Assembly: GCA_964291655.2 (NCBI GenBank) | Contig: OZ219802.1 | Location: forward strand, 2,272,001 to 2,336,000 | DNA: 64,000 nt | DNA from: Chloroflexota bacterium | Lineage (GTDB): Bacteria; Chloroflexota; UBA11872; VXOZ01 | Direction: 5' to 3' | Shown: piece after piece, positions 12,146-21,439 of the stretch | Layout: the number at the start of each line of letters is the position of its first letter | Position numbering within the stretch: position 1 is the stretch's first letter | Notes under the pieces: model-generated | The model's database searches: none | The model's input: only the letters and a program-made list of their open reading frames with translations | Told to the model about the DNA's origin: nothing | Translations under genes and position numbers: made by a program

Positions 12146-12506
12146 GTAATCTCTTATTCGGCACGAAAGTGGGCCAGTGCCAGGTTGCTTGCACGTGCGC
12201 GCTCATCCTGTTCGCTGAAGGCCGAATGCTTTGAACATTCGTGTTGAGGGCCGCGCAAAGCTCCTGCCAAAGCATGAGCGGGAGACCGTGGAAATTAGTG
12301 GGCAGCGCTTACCAGACACCGTTCACCCTTCGACAAGCTCAGGGCGAACGGGGTCTGGTGTGTTGGCTAACGGGCTATTCGCACAAGGCGAGTCTCGTGC
12401 GAGAACCGGGCTATCGGCTCTCTTGCTCAAGGCGAATGGAAACAACACTTGAGCCCTATGCGCGACGGATATTGCGCGCAGCGTAATTCTGCGCTTTCGG
12501 AGTTCG

Positions 12507-12962
12507 CTAGGTGAGAGGTTCTTCTTCCGGGACCTCTTCCTCGTGCTCCGCAGGCTCTTTGCCAAAGAAGCGCTGCATGATCCAGTCGTTGACGCCCCAC
12601 GCGCGAATGGCCGAGTAGAGCACCCAGAGACTGAACACCCGCTGTAGCGTGGATTGCGAAAGCTGCTGGGCAATCAAAGCGGCCACCAGGCCGGCGGCAA
12701 CCGCGCCAATGGCGATAAGAAATACCGGCTTGAGCTTCAGATTCTTCATGCGGTAGTGCGTGAAGGCACCGGCCAACGTGGTGGGGATCATTACCACGAG
12801 TGAAATGCCCTGGCCGATGTGCTGGCCGTACCCCAGAATGAGCACCGCGGCCGGTACCATGATGATGCCGCCGCCGACGCCCATCGTACCGCTGAGCAGC
12901 CCCACGCTAAAGCCGATAGCGAGACTCAAGAGAAATACGCTAAGTTCGGGATCGAGCGTCAT
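12507..12962 (-). CDS. sulfite exporter TauE/SafE (TSUP) family, half-size protein
   Basis: GLLSGTMGVGGGIIMVP; ATG 12962 overlaps the upstream stop as ATGA. Confidence 0.85.
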   Translation of the reverse strand: MTLDPELSVFLLSLAIGFSVGLLSGTMGVGGGIIMVPAAVLILGYGQHIGQGISLVVMIPTTLAGAFTHYRMKNLKLKPVFLIAIGAVAAGLVAALIAQQLSQSTLQRVFSLWVLYSAIRAWGVNDWIMQRFFGKEPAEHEEEVPEEEPLT

Positions 12963-13441
12963 GGCGCTTCCTCCCGGTGGAACACGAGACTCCAAATCGC
13001 CATGACTGCCAACAACACAAAACCGGCAATGAGGATGGCATTGCCCAGCACGGGATGCTGCAAAAGCATGCGCAGGCCGACGGCGGTGAGCAATACGGCA
13101 AAGAGGCGCTTGAGTTGCTTTTGATTAATGCGGTGCGAGATGCGCACGCCGATGGGCGCCGCGAGCACGGCGCTGATCATGAAGCCGGCGCCCGCGATGT
13201 ACGCCGGCACGTCATTCCCCGGCGGTTCGTCACGAGGCCATAAGGCATAGACCAGCGCCGCGGCTATGGCCGTGGGCACGATAGCGCCCAGGCTCACGGC
13301 GTGGGCTTCGCGTTGCGACAGCGCCAGGTAGGCAGTAATCAGCGGGACGATGACGACACCGCCGCCGACACCGGCGAGACCGGACAAGGTACCGCCGGCA
13401 ATGCCCACGGCAATGTAGCGCCACAGGGGGATGGAGTTCAT
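12959..13441 (-). CDS. sulfite exporter TauE/SafE (TSUP) family, half-size protein
   Basis: GTLSGLAGVGGGVVIVP, AHAVSLGAIVP, LKRLFAVLL. Confidence 0.85.
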   Translation of the reverse strand: MNSIPLWRYIAVGIAGGTLSGLAGVGGGVVIVPLITAYLALSQREAHAVSLGAIVPTAIAAALVYALWPRDEPPGNDVPAYIAGAGFMISAVLAAPIGVRISHRINQKQLKRLFAVLLTAVGLRMLLQHPVLGNAILIAGFVLLAVMAIWSLVFHREEAP

Positions 13442-13514
13442 GGCCTCAAAATACTAGCACGGATAGGACTGTCCTACAACGAATAGACCACGAAGCGATA
13501 GCGTAGGACAGCGC

Positions 13515-13542
13515 GTAGGGGCACGACATGTCGTGCCCCTAC
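13515..13542. repeat. GTAG-type REP palindrome
   Basis: GTAGGGGCACGACATGTCGTGCCCCTAC; variant near 20980. Confidence 0.8.
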
Positions 13543-13549
13543 GCCCATC

Positions 13550-13728
13550 GCGCTGACAGGGGTATGTATTCTATATTCGACTTCACGTGTCATTCCGAAC
13601 GGAGTGCAGTGGAGTGTCGCTAAGAGCGCGGAATCTAAAGCACAGCCCTGCAAAATCAGCATCTTTAGATTCCGCGAACCCTGTTCGACGCTGCGCTCGG
13701 AATGACATTTACATACCCCTGTCAGCGC
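13550..13728. mobile_element. MITE-like element with perfect 19-bp TIRs enclosing a GTCATTCCG...CGGAATGAC doublet
   Basis: GCGCTGACAGGGGTATGTA ... TACATACCCCTGTCAGCGC. Confidence 0.65.
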
Positions 13729-13843
13729 CCTTCGCGTGAGTGTTCCGGCTGTGCCTGAGGAAGATCTCTGGGTCGGCAGCCAGCACTGCCAGGCTGCTGG
13801 ACTCCGGCGTCCGCCGGAGTGACGGAGAGATTCCACGCTGGTT

Positions 13844-14848
13844 CTAGCCGGGGCAAAAGACTTCGCGCGGCAGGATGCTGAGGCGGAGATCGTGGGCGCC
13901 GTCGGCGCGGGCGCATTCGTAGTAAAAGTAGAGCTCATCACCCACCGGCACCACGTCCACATAGCGCACGGAGCGCGTGCCGCCCTGCGACTGCACCACC
14001 GGCCCGCTGACGCTCAAGCGCGTGAAGGTGCGTAAGTCAGCAGAGAGCGCCAGGCCGCACTGCTCCTCGTAGTTCTCCGAGACATCGGCGGAGCCGTCGT
14101 AGAACGCCAGCCACTGCTGCCCGACCCGCACGAGCGAAGAGATGCGGCTGCAGTAGCTATCCCAGCCGCTATCGCGAGGCGCGAAGATGTCGCCCTGCCA
14201 ATCCCAGTTGCGTCCGTCGCCGCTTAGCGCTAGACCCGTACTCGACTTGGCGATGCCGGTATTGTAGACGTCGGCGGTGGCATGCATAGCTGCGCGCGCC
14301 GGGTCATCTACCAGCGCGGGAGTGGGCGCATAGCTTGCTATCATATGCCATAGCCCGCCCACGTTGCAGACGTAGGGGTCTTTGACACCCTCAGCGTGGA
14401 TGTCCGCCGCCGTGAACACCGGCCGGCGGGAGGCGGGATCGAACTGGTCTGGCGTGTCGGCTTCCAACATATCGATGCGCCAGCGGTTGTCGGCGCTATC
14501 CACGAACGACATGAAAAGCAGAAAGCGCCCGCTAGCATCTCTGACGAGACTGCTCTTCTCTACTGAAGGCGAGTTGCCGAAAGCGGTCTTTTCAGCCGAC
14601 CAGACGGACTCAAAATTCCTGCCGTCCTCGCTCCGTGCCACGTAGCAGGCAAAACCGCGGTCGGGCTCCTGTCCGCGCGGGCGCCGCCGCCGGTAGTAGA
14701 GATAGAAAGCCTTCTCATCCGGCAGGTAGAGCACACACGGCGCGCCGACCCAATGGCCGTTCCCAGCCTCCAGCGGTTCCTGCACCACGTGTGCAGTTTC
14801 AGGATCGAACAGCGTAATGGGTAGATGGTAGGTTTTCGCGTCACGCAT
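13844..14848 (-). CDS. five-bladed beta-propeller glycoside hydrolase-like protein
   Basis: Repeated SxDGxxW/F motifs (SEDGRNF, SGDGRNW, SADLRTF) and GVKDPYV. Confidence 0.7.
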   Translation of the reverse strand: MRDAKTYHLPITLFDPETAHVVQEPLEAGNGHWVGAPCVLYLPDEKAFYLYYRRRRPRGQEPDRGFACYVARSEDGRNFESVWSAEKTAFGNSPSVEKSSLVRDASGRFLLFMSFVDSADNRWRIDMLEADTPDQFDPASRRPVFTAADIHAEGVKDPYVCNVGGLWHMIASYAPTPALVDDPARAAMHATADVYNTGIAKSSTGLALSGDGRNWDWQGDIFAPRDSGWDSYCSRISSLVRVGQQWLAFYDGSADVSENYEEQCGLALSADLRTFTRLSVSGPVVQSQGGTRSVRYVDVVPVGDELYFYYECARADGAHDLRLSILPREVFCPG

Positions 14849-14927
14849 CGAGTGTGCTTGCTTACGTTGCGTTTCTCAAACGGGAGACTCTATTCAAAGG
14901 TTCTTCTCCTGCTCTATCCGTCACTCC

Positions 14928-15165
14928 TGTAAATGCCAGGCAATTCGTTGACAGACTTGAGAACAAAAGCAACTGAACGCAGTGCTCTAAGTGAATAGTA
15001 CACATGTCATTATGAACGGAGCGCGGCGAAGAGGGGAATCTAAGATGTTGAGCCTATTGGACGACACGTTGTATGGGCCCTAGATTCCTCGCTCCGCTCG
15101 GAATGACATGATCTGTCAACACTGCCAATTGAGGAGAGAACCCTTTCAACGAATTGCACAACTCC
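14928..15165. mobile_element. second copy of the TGT...ACA MITE (shell in opposite orientation, right end degenerate)
   Basis: Begins TGTAAATGCCAGGCAATTCGTTGACAGA; arms are the reverse complement of those in 560-813. Confidence 0.75.
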
Positions 15166-15282
15166 CACTTATCCCGGGCACTCCCGCACCCGTGGGGGCG
15201 CAGAAGCCAGCTTTACGCGCCCTGGGCCGTCTCAAGCGGGGGACAAGCCCCCGCGCTACTTGCCGTCGTGGACGTGGCAGCC

Positions 15283-16281
15283 CTACGCAAAGATCTCATC
15301 TTCGATCTCTGCTGGGGTAACCGGTCTATTCTCGGCGGTGGAGCGATTGAAGGCGAGCGTGAGCGCAAGAGTCTTAAGGGCATCATCCAACGGCGACCGT
15401 ATCAGTGATTCGTCGACTTCTTCAACCGCGGCCAGAAACGCCTGCGCCATGCGCACCTCCGACGACGGTTCTTCTACAGGGTGTATCTCGGTCCCGCGCG
15501 GCGTGATCTGTTGCAGATCTCGTCCGGAGAAGCGCAGCAGTTGCTCTTCACTGACGAGATCGAGCCCCGAACTCTGCGGCAGGCCTACGAAGAGCGCATA
15601 CGTCGTCGCCACGCTGCCCACAGCGCCGGTTTTGAAGGCAAATGCACCCGAATAGACATCCCAATTCTGAAATGACTCATCGTCTTTCCACGCGCTGCGG
15701 CCGAACTGTGCGTAAACTTCGTCCACCTCGCCGCCGAAGACCCGGCACAAGTCGAGCAGGTGCGTGGCCTGTTCCACGATCTGGCCGCCGCCCTGGGCAG
15801 AATCCAGGTTCCAGGGGACTCTCGGCACGCCTTGATACCACCAGATGCGGGCCAGTCCGAGTTCACGTCCGGCCAAGAGTTCCTGGGCACGGGCAGCCTG
15901 ACTACCGTACCGGTGTTGGTAGCCGACGCAACAAAGCACACCGCCCTGCTCCACCGCCATGCGAATGCGGCGCGCGTCCAGCACGCTGAGCGCCACCGGC
16001 TTTTCCACGAAGATGGCGGCCTTCTGCGTGGCGGCATACTCAACTTGCTCGGCGTGCAAGTTCGGCGGGGTCACAATATACACGGCATCGGGCTGCTCGG
16101 TGTCGAGCATGTCGCGATAGTCTGTATATGTCTCCGCATCAAAGGGTGCGGCGGCTTCTTGAGCGCGCTCTGCGTCCACGTCGCAGATCGCCACAACTTC
16201 AGCGTTTTCGACCTGTGCAAGCGCGCGATAGTGCGCCTGCGCGCGGCGTCCCGCGCCGATACCTGCTACCCGCAATTTCAT
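15283..16281 (-). CDS. Gfo/Idh/MocA family oxidoreductase
   Basis: GIGAGRRA, FVEKPVA, VGYQHRY, GGGQIVEQATHLLD. Confidence 0.92.
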   Translation of the reverse strand: MKLRVAGIGAGRRAQAHYRALAQVENAEVVAICDVDAERAQEAAAPFDAETYTDYRDMLDTEQPDAVYIVTPPNLHAEQVEYAATQKAAIFVEKPVALSVLDARRIRMAVEQGGVLCCVGYQHRYGSQAARAQELLAGRELGLARIWWYQGVPRVPWNLDSAQGGGQIVEQATHLLDLCRVFGGEVDEVYAQFGRSAWKDDESFQNWDVYSGAFAFKTGAVGSVATTYALFVGLPQSSGLDLVSEEQLLRFSGRDLQQITPRGTEIHPVEEPSSEVRMAQAFLAAVEEVDESLIRSPLDDALKTLALTLAFNRSTAENRPVTPAEIEDEIFA

Positions 16282-16343
16282 TTGATCACCTTAGTCTCGT
16301 CATCATTTACTTCATGTACATCTGCCCGCAGCAATTCAATAAC

Positions 16344-16391
16344 GCGGAGCAAAGCCTAGCGCGGAGCAAAGCCTAGGGCGGAGCAAAGCCT
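16344..16391. repeat. 17-bp tandem repeat, about 2.8 copies
   Basis: gcggagcaaagcctag(c/g) repeated. Confidence 0.85.
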
Positions 16392-16539
16392 TCAAAAAGT
16401 GAGGCGCGACAAGCATCCGTTCGTGCTGAGCCTGTCGAAGTACGTACGGATGCACATCGCTTACCCAACGTACGTTACGCCCTGTCCGTGCGGCGCATGG
16501 AGGTTCCCAATGCGGGGTACGCACTCAATCCGAAAAGGC

Positions 16540-17835
16540 TCACGCCACCGCCGTGCCGCGCAGAGAGTACGCCGTCGTCTCGTCAATGTGCACGGGCAGA
16601 ATCTCGCCCACCAGGTTCTCACGGGGATCGGTGAAGAACGTGATACGGTCGGTGCGAATGCGCCCCCACCACTTGCCGTTCTTCTGGCCTTCCACCAGCA
16701 CGTCGAGCGTGCGGCCGTGCAGGCGCGCATTCTTGGCCGAGACAATCCGCTCCTGCAGGGCTTCGACGGCCAGCAATCGCTGATGCTTCTCGTCACGGGG
16801 CACGTTGTCTTGCATCTCTTCATCCGCCTTCGTGCCCGGCCGCGGCGAGTACATAGCCGTGTGCACTACGTCGAGTTCGAGTTGCTCCAGCATCGCCAGC
16901 GTATTCTGGAATTGCGATTCCGTTTCGCCGGGGAAACCGACGATGATGTCCGTCGCGATGGAAGCGTGCGGGATGATGTCGCGAATGCGCGCTACCAGGT
17001 CCACGTACCGGCTGGCGGGGTAGCCGCGCTTCATGCGCCGCAGGACCAGGTCGTCGCCACTCTGCACGGCGATGTTGAAGTGCTCGCAGACATTGGGCAA
17101 GCTGCCGACCGCTTCGATGATGCGGTCGCTCATGAAGAGCGGATGTGAGGTAAGGAAGCGAATGCGGTCCAAGCCTGGCACTTCGCTGCACGCCGTCAGC
17201 AGGTCCGCCAGGTCGGGCCGGCCCTCCAGGTCGCGGCCGTAGTCGTCAACCGTCTGTCCGAGTAGCGTAACTTCCCGCGTGCCATGCCGCACCAACCAGC
17301 GCAGCTCACGCACAACCTCCGGGATCGGGCGGCTGCGTTCCGGGCCCCGCCGGATCGGCACGATACAGAAGGCGCAACGCATGTTGCAGCCGTATATCAC
17401 TGGCACCCAGCGGCACGGACCGCCCAGCGCCAGCGGCGAACCCTCCAAACAGCCTTCGTCAAGCATGCCCCGGTTGCCGGCCTTCTGCTGGGCGAATTCC
17501 AATATGGGTTCGTACTCCACCGGCTTGGTAAAGACGTCCACCTGCGGCAAGCGGGCCTGCAAGCGCTCCAGGCTGTCGTCGCCCACCATACAGCCCATCA
17601 TCGCGATTCCAAGATCGGGGTTTTTCTTTTTCATGCCGGTAAGCCAGCCGAGCTGACCCAGCGCCCGGTCCTCGGCGCTCTGTCGTACGGCGCAGGTGTT
17701 CACCACGACCAGGTCGGCCTGCGTCGGCTCATCCGCCCACGAGTACCCGAGCGCTTCCAACGAGCCGCCGAGCCGCTCGGAATCGGCCTTGTTCATTTGG
17801 CAGCCGTATGTGATTAGGTGATAACGCAGGTCCAT
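16540..17835 (-). CDS. miaB: tRNA-2-methylthio-N6-dimethylallyladenosine synthase
   Basis: TYGCQMN, NTCAVR, radical SAM CNMRCAFC, TDIIVGFPGET, C-terminal TRAM domain. Confidence 0.95.
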   Translation of the reverse strand: MDLRYHLITYGCQMNKADSERLGGSLEALGYSWADEPTQADLVVVNTCAVRQSAEDRALGQLGWLTGMKKKNPDLGIAMMGCMVGDDSLERLQARLPQVDVFTKPVEYEPILEFAQQKAGNRGMLDEGCLEGSPLALGGPCRWVPVIYGCNMRCAFCIVPIRRGPERSRPIPEVVRELRWLVRHGTREVTLLGQTVDDYGRDLEGRPDLADLLTACSEVPGLDRIRFLTSHPLFMSDRIIEAVGSLPNVCEHFNIAVQSGDDLVLRRMKRGYPASRYVDLVARIRDIIPHASIATDIIVGFPGETESQFQNTLAMLEQLELDVVHTAMYSPRPGTKADEEMQDNVPRDEKHQRLLAVEALQERIVSAKNARLHGRTLDVLVEGQKNGKWWGRIRTDRITFFTDPRENLVGEILPVHIDETTAYSLRGTAVA

Positions 17836-18009
17836 GTTTCTCAGCAATCCAATCGTCTTCTCGTTAGACTGCGGCCCTGGCCGCGCCTTCCCATTGTAAC
17901 AAGCCCCGCTTGAGCCGTGAAGAAAGCGCGTTTTGGCGTTTGCCCGGCCTGCGCAGATTTCCCTATACTAGGGCTTTGGTAAAGCTGATCTTAGTCTCGT
18001 GAGGCGCCA

Positions 18010-19239
18010 TTGATGTCTCCGCTGGCACAGCCCAAAGTGCGCCCGCTCATTTCAGAGTGGGTACAGGCGAACGGCGATCTTCGTCTCGCGCTGCGCGATC
18101 CCGACGAACTGATTGAAGGGACCGTTTTCGTTTCACCTGCCCTCGCACCCGTGCTCGAACTCTGCGACGGCACGCATTCGCTTGCCGCCATTCAGGCGGC
18201 ATTGACGCTGCGCTACGGCCTGTCCTTGCCGACTGCCAGGCTGGAATCCCTCATTCAGCAGCTTGATGAGGCCTTGCTCCTGGAGAGCGAACGTGCGGAG
18301 ACCGCCCGCCGCGACGCCCGCACAGCCTACCGGAAGGCGCCGTGCCGCCCGCCGGCGCTCGCCGGCGCTTCGTACCCCACCGACCCGGACGAGCTTTCGG
18401 CAATGTTGGAGGGCTACATCAACGCCGTTGAGCCGCCTGCATGCTTCGATCCGCCTGCCGTTCGGGGGCTTGTTAGTCCCCACATTGACTACGACCGGGG
18501 CGGACCAGTCTACGCGCGCACGTGGCAACACGCGCGGGTAGCCGTGCGGGAGGCGGAGGTTGTTGTCATTCTCGGCACTGATCATGCGGGCAGCCCGGGC
18601 ATGCTCACGCCGACGCGGCAGAACTACGCCACACCCTGGGGCACGTTGCCCACCGACCAAGACGCGCTAGACCGGTTTGAAGCGGCCTGGGGCGATGACT
18701 CTCTCTACGACGAGGAACTCCACCACCGCAGGGAACACTCCATCGAGCTGGCCGCCGTGTGGCTGCACTTCATGCGTGATGGTGAACCTGTGACGCTGGT
18801 GCCGATCCTTTGCGGGTCCTTCTTGCCGTTCACTTCAGGCGACACGAGCCCCAAGGACAACTCCAGATTCACCAAGAGCATTGCCGCGCTCGGAGATGCG
18901 CTCGCAGGCAGGAGCGTGCTCGTCGTCGCCGCGGCCGATCTGGCCCACATGGGACCGGCGTTTGGCGACCCGCAGCCGCTGGACCGGGAGGACAAGGACA
19001 TTCTGAAGCATTTCGACCGCACGCTCCTCGCTGCCATGTGCCAAGGGGAGGCTGAGAGCATTCTGGGACTCTTGCAGCAGAGCAGGGACAAACAAAAGGT
19101 GTGCGGTCTCCCGCCCATCTACGCGGCGCTACAGATGCTTGGGCCCGTAGCGGGACGTGTTGTGGACTACGCGCAGTGTCCGGCTGACGGCTTGGCGGGC
19201 TCGGTAGTTTCGGTGGCGGGAGTAGTCTGGACGGACTGA
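18010..19239 (+). CDS. AmmeMemoRadiSam system protein B (MEMO1 family) with an N-terminal extension
   Basis: AGASYP, SPHIDY, EHSIEL, ADLAHMG, VCGLPPI. Confidence 0.88.
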   Translation: MMSPLAQPKVRPLISEWVQANGDLRLALRDPDELIEGTVFVSPALAPVLELCDGTHSLAAIQAALTLRYGLSLPTARLESLIQQLDEALLLESERAETARRDARTAYRKAPCRPPALAGASYPTDPDELSAMLEGYINAVEPPACFDPPAVRGLVSPHIDYDRGGPVYARTWQHARVAVREAEVVVILGTDHAGSPGMLTPTRQNYATPWGTLPTDQDALDRFEAAWGDDSLYDEELHHRREHSIELAAVWLHFMRDGEPVTLVPILCGSFLPFTSGDTSPKDNSRFTKSIAALGDALAGRSVLVVAAADLAHMGPAFGDPQPLDREDKDILKHFDRTLLAAMCQGEAESILGLLQQSRDKQKVCGLPPIYAALQMLGPVAGRVVDYAQCPADGLAGSVVSVAGVVWTD

Positions 19240-19288
19240 GGCCTGCGAATACCGTATCCGAGGAGGCGAGCCAGCTCAATGTCATTCC

Positions 19289-19455
19289 TGTAAATGTCAG
19301 GTAATTCGTTGACAGAGTTGAGAACAAGAGCAACCTTTCGCAGTGTTAGACATGACTAGTACACATGTCATTCCGAGCGAAGCGTCGAACCCTGTACGCG
19401 GAATCTCGGGTCCATGCCCTGTGAACCGCGTCAACGAAATGTCCCGTGATTGGGC
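19289..19455. mobile_element. third, partial or degenerate copy of the TGT...ACA MITE
   Basis: ATTCC|TGTAAATGTCAGGTAATTCGTTGACAGAGTTGAGAACAAGAGC matches the arm of the other copies. Confidence 0.65.
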
Positions 19456-19499
19456 TTAACGCGGGATGGCCCCGGTTGCTACCTGGCCTTGCATTAAGA

Positions 19500-19980
19500 T
19501 GGATTCCCGCGCAAGCGGGAATCACCATGGTCTTGTCGAGGCCGTACAAGGGAGTGAAAGTGAACGTCACTCTTCCCGTTCGTGCTGAGCTTGCCTGTCC
19601 TGAGCCTGTCGAAGGGTCGAAGCATGTACGGAGAGAGTAGGTCGAAATCTGTTAGTCGCCTCCGCCGTTCACCCTTCGACGATGCTCAGGGCGAACGGCA
19701 AGGTCGCCTATTTTCATGGTGATGACGGACGACCCGCCCCTCGCGTTTCCTACGTACATTCGCTCATTTGTACGCCTCTTTCAACATACAAATGACGGCG
19801 GCTACGGCATTCTGGCCCGCATCTCGATCCGTCACTCCGGCGAAAGCCGGAGTCCAGGGAGGGCTAGGGTGACAAGCTTCACTAGCCTGTGAACCGCCTA
19901 AGCCAGCTATTCAAGGAGAAGATGGATTCCCGCATTCGCGGGAATGACGGAGTCTCTCGTGCTGTTTTCATGATTGTGAC
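19500..19980. repeat. cluster of palindromic repeats (GGATTCCCGC...GCGGGAAT, GTCACTCCGGC...GCCGGAGTCC and CTGAGC..GTCGAAG types)
   Basis: Palindromes at about 19500, 19580, 19675, 19831 and 19923. Confidence 0.7.
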
Positions 19981-20057
19981 GGAGCGAGGTCAACTTCGCA
20001 GAGATCGTAAGAGGCAAACCTTCTGGCACACAAGAATCACCGAGTATGACGCGTTGC

Positions 20058-20822
20058 CTACCGCGCCAGCCAACCGCCGTCGATGGGCACGATCGAGCCG
20101 TGCATGAAGTCCGATTCTGGTGAGGCAAGATAGACAATCAGCTTGCCAATGTCCTCTGCCGTGCCCCAGCGGCCGGCGGGCGTGCGCAGCCGGATTTCCG
20201 GCGCCCGCGCGGGATTCTGCTGCAGCGCTGCCGTCATGTCGGTGTCGATATAGCCCGGCGCGATCGCGTTCACGTTGACCCCGTGGGGCGCCCAATCCGT
20301 CGCCAGAGCGCGGGTGATGCCGGCCACGCCGTGCTTGCTCGCGACATACGGCGCGATGTGCACGCCACCCTGAAACGACATGAGCGAGGCGATGTTGACA
20401 ACCTTGCCCCGGCCTTGGGGCACGAAGTAGCGTCCCGCCGCCTGGCAGAGGAAAAAGACGGCATGGAGATTTACCTGCATCACGGCGTTCCAGTCTTCTT
20501 CGGTTAGCTCCAAGGCAGGCTTGCGGCACGTGACGCCGGCGTTATTAACCAGGATGTCGATGCGGCCAAAGTGCGCCGCCGATTGGTCCACGAGCCCATT
20601 CAGGTCGGCAACCGTGGCCGCCGCCAAATCAGCTTGCAATGACAGGTAGCGCCGGCCCGCGGCCTCTACCTGAGCCTGCGTTTCAGTTGAAGCGGAGCGA
20701 GAAACGCCCGCCACGTCCGCGCCCGCCTCCGCGAGCGCCTTGGCAATGCCCCGCCCGATGCCCCGGCTCGCGCCCGTGACCAAGGCGACGTTGTCCTTTA
20801 GGCAGAATGCTGACGTTGTCAT
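20058..20822 (-). CDS. kduD: SDR oxidoreductase, 2-dehydro-3-deoxy-D-gluconate 5-dehydrogenase-like
   Basis: TGASRGIG, NNAG, NIASLMSFQGG..YVASKHG, NAIAPGY. Confidence 0.75.
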   Translation of the reverse strand: MTTSAFCLKDNVALVTGASRGIGRGIAKALAEAGADVAGVSRSASTETQAQVEAAGRRYLSLQADLAAATVADLNGLVDQSAAHFGRIDILVNNAGVTCRKPALELTEEDWNAVMQVNLHAVFFLCQAAGRYFVPQGRGKVVNIASLMSFQGGVHIAPYVASKHGVAGITRALATDWAPHGVNVNAIAPGYIDTDMTAALQQNPARAPEIRLRTPAGRWGTAEDIGKLIVYLASPESDFMHGSIVPIDGGWLAR

Positions 20823-21439
20823 AGAAATTGCCCTCTCTTGGCGGCAACCACACTGCAGTTGGTCGCGCATCCGTTTCTCGTCACTGCACTACAAGAATAT
20901 ACCCTAGTCAGTCCAAACATACCCACACACGCGAACTCGCCTGCACGAGGGAATGGCGGGAGACTTGCGCATTGGCCCGGAGGGGCACGACATGTCGTGC
21001 CTCTGCCTCGGTTCCCAGTACCCGCACTGGAGAGACGGGAAACCCACATTCGGGCACGTCCGCGACCCCTGCCCGGGCACACGGGTTACATGTGTTCGGG
21101 GACATAGGTTACACGTTGCCCGGAGTGTGGTGCGTGCCCGCGTTGGATTGCACGCGGCGAGAAGCCGACGCGCCACGTGCGATTCACAACGCGGGAATCC
21201 CCTCTAGCTTGACGTGCGGCGTTCGTCCGTGACAAAATGCGATGCGTAGAAGAGCAATTGCACGCCCATGTAGCACAGTGCGATTGCCGTCTCTTGGCTT
21301 TACGCAGTCGCCTGCGTTACGCCTTTCCCAAAAACAACAGTACCCAAAGACAACTTCTGAATTGTAAAGTGCTCAAAGCGTTGCAAGCAGCCATTGCGCG
21401 TTTGCACACCACAGAGCAATGCCAGTGAGGAGGCGCCAG

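Noticed and set aside
16344-16391. Short tandem repeats here and at 59016-59065 as a CRISPR array
   Set aside because: The units are adjacent with no unique spacers, and no cas genes are present in the window.
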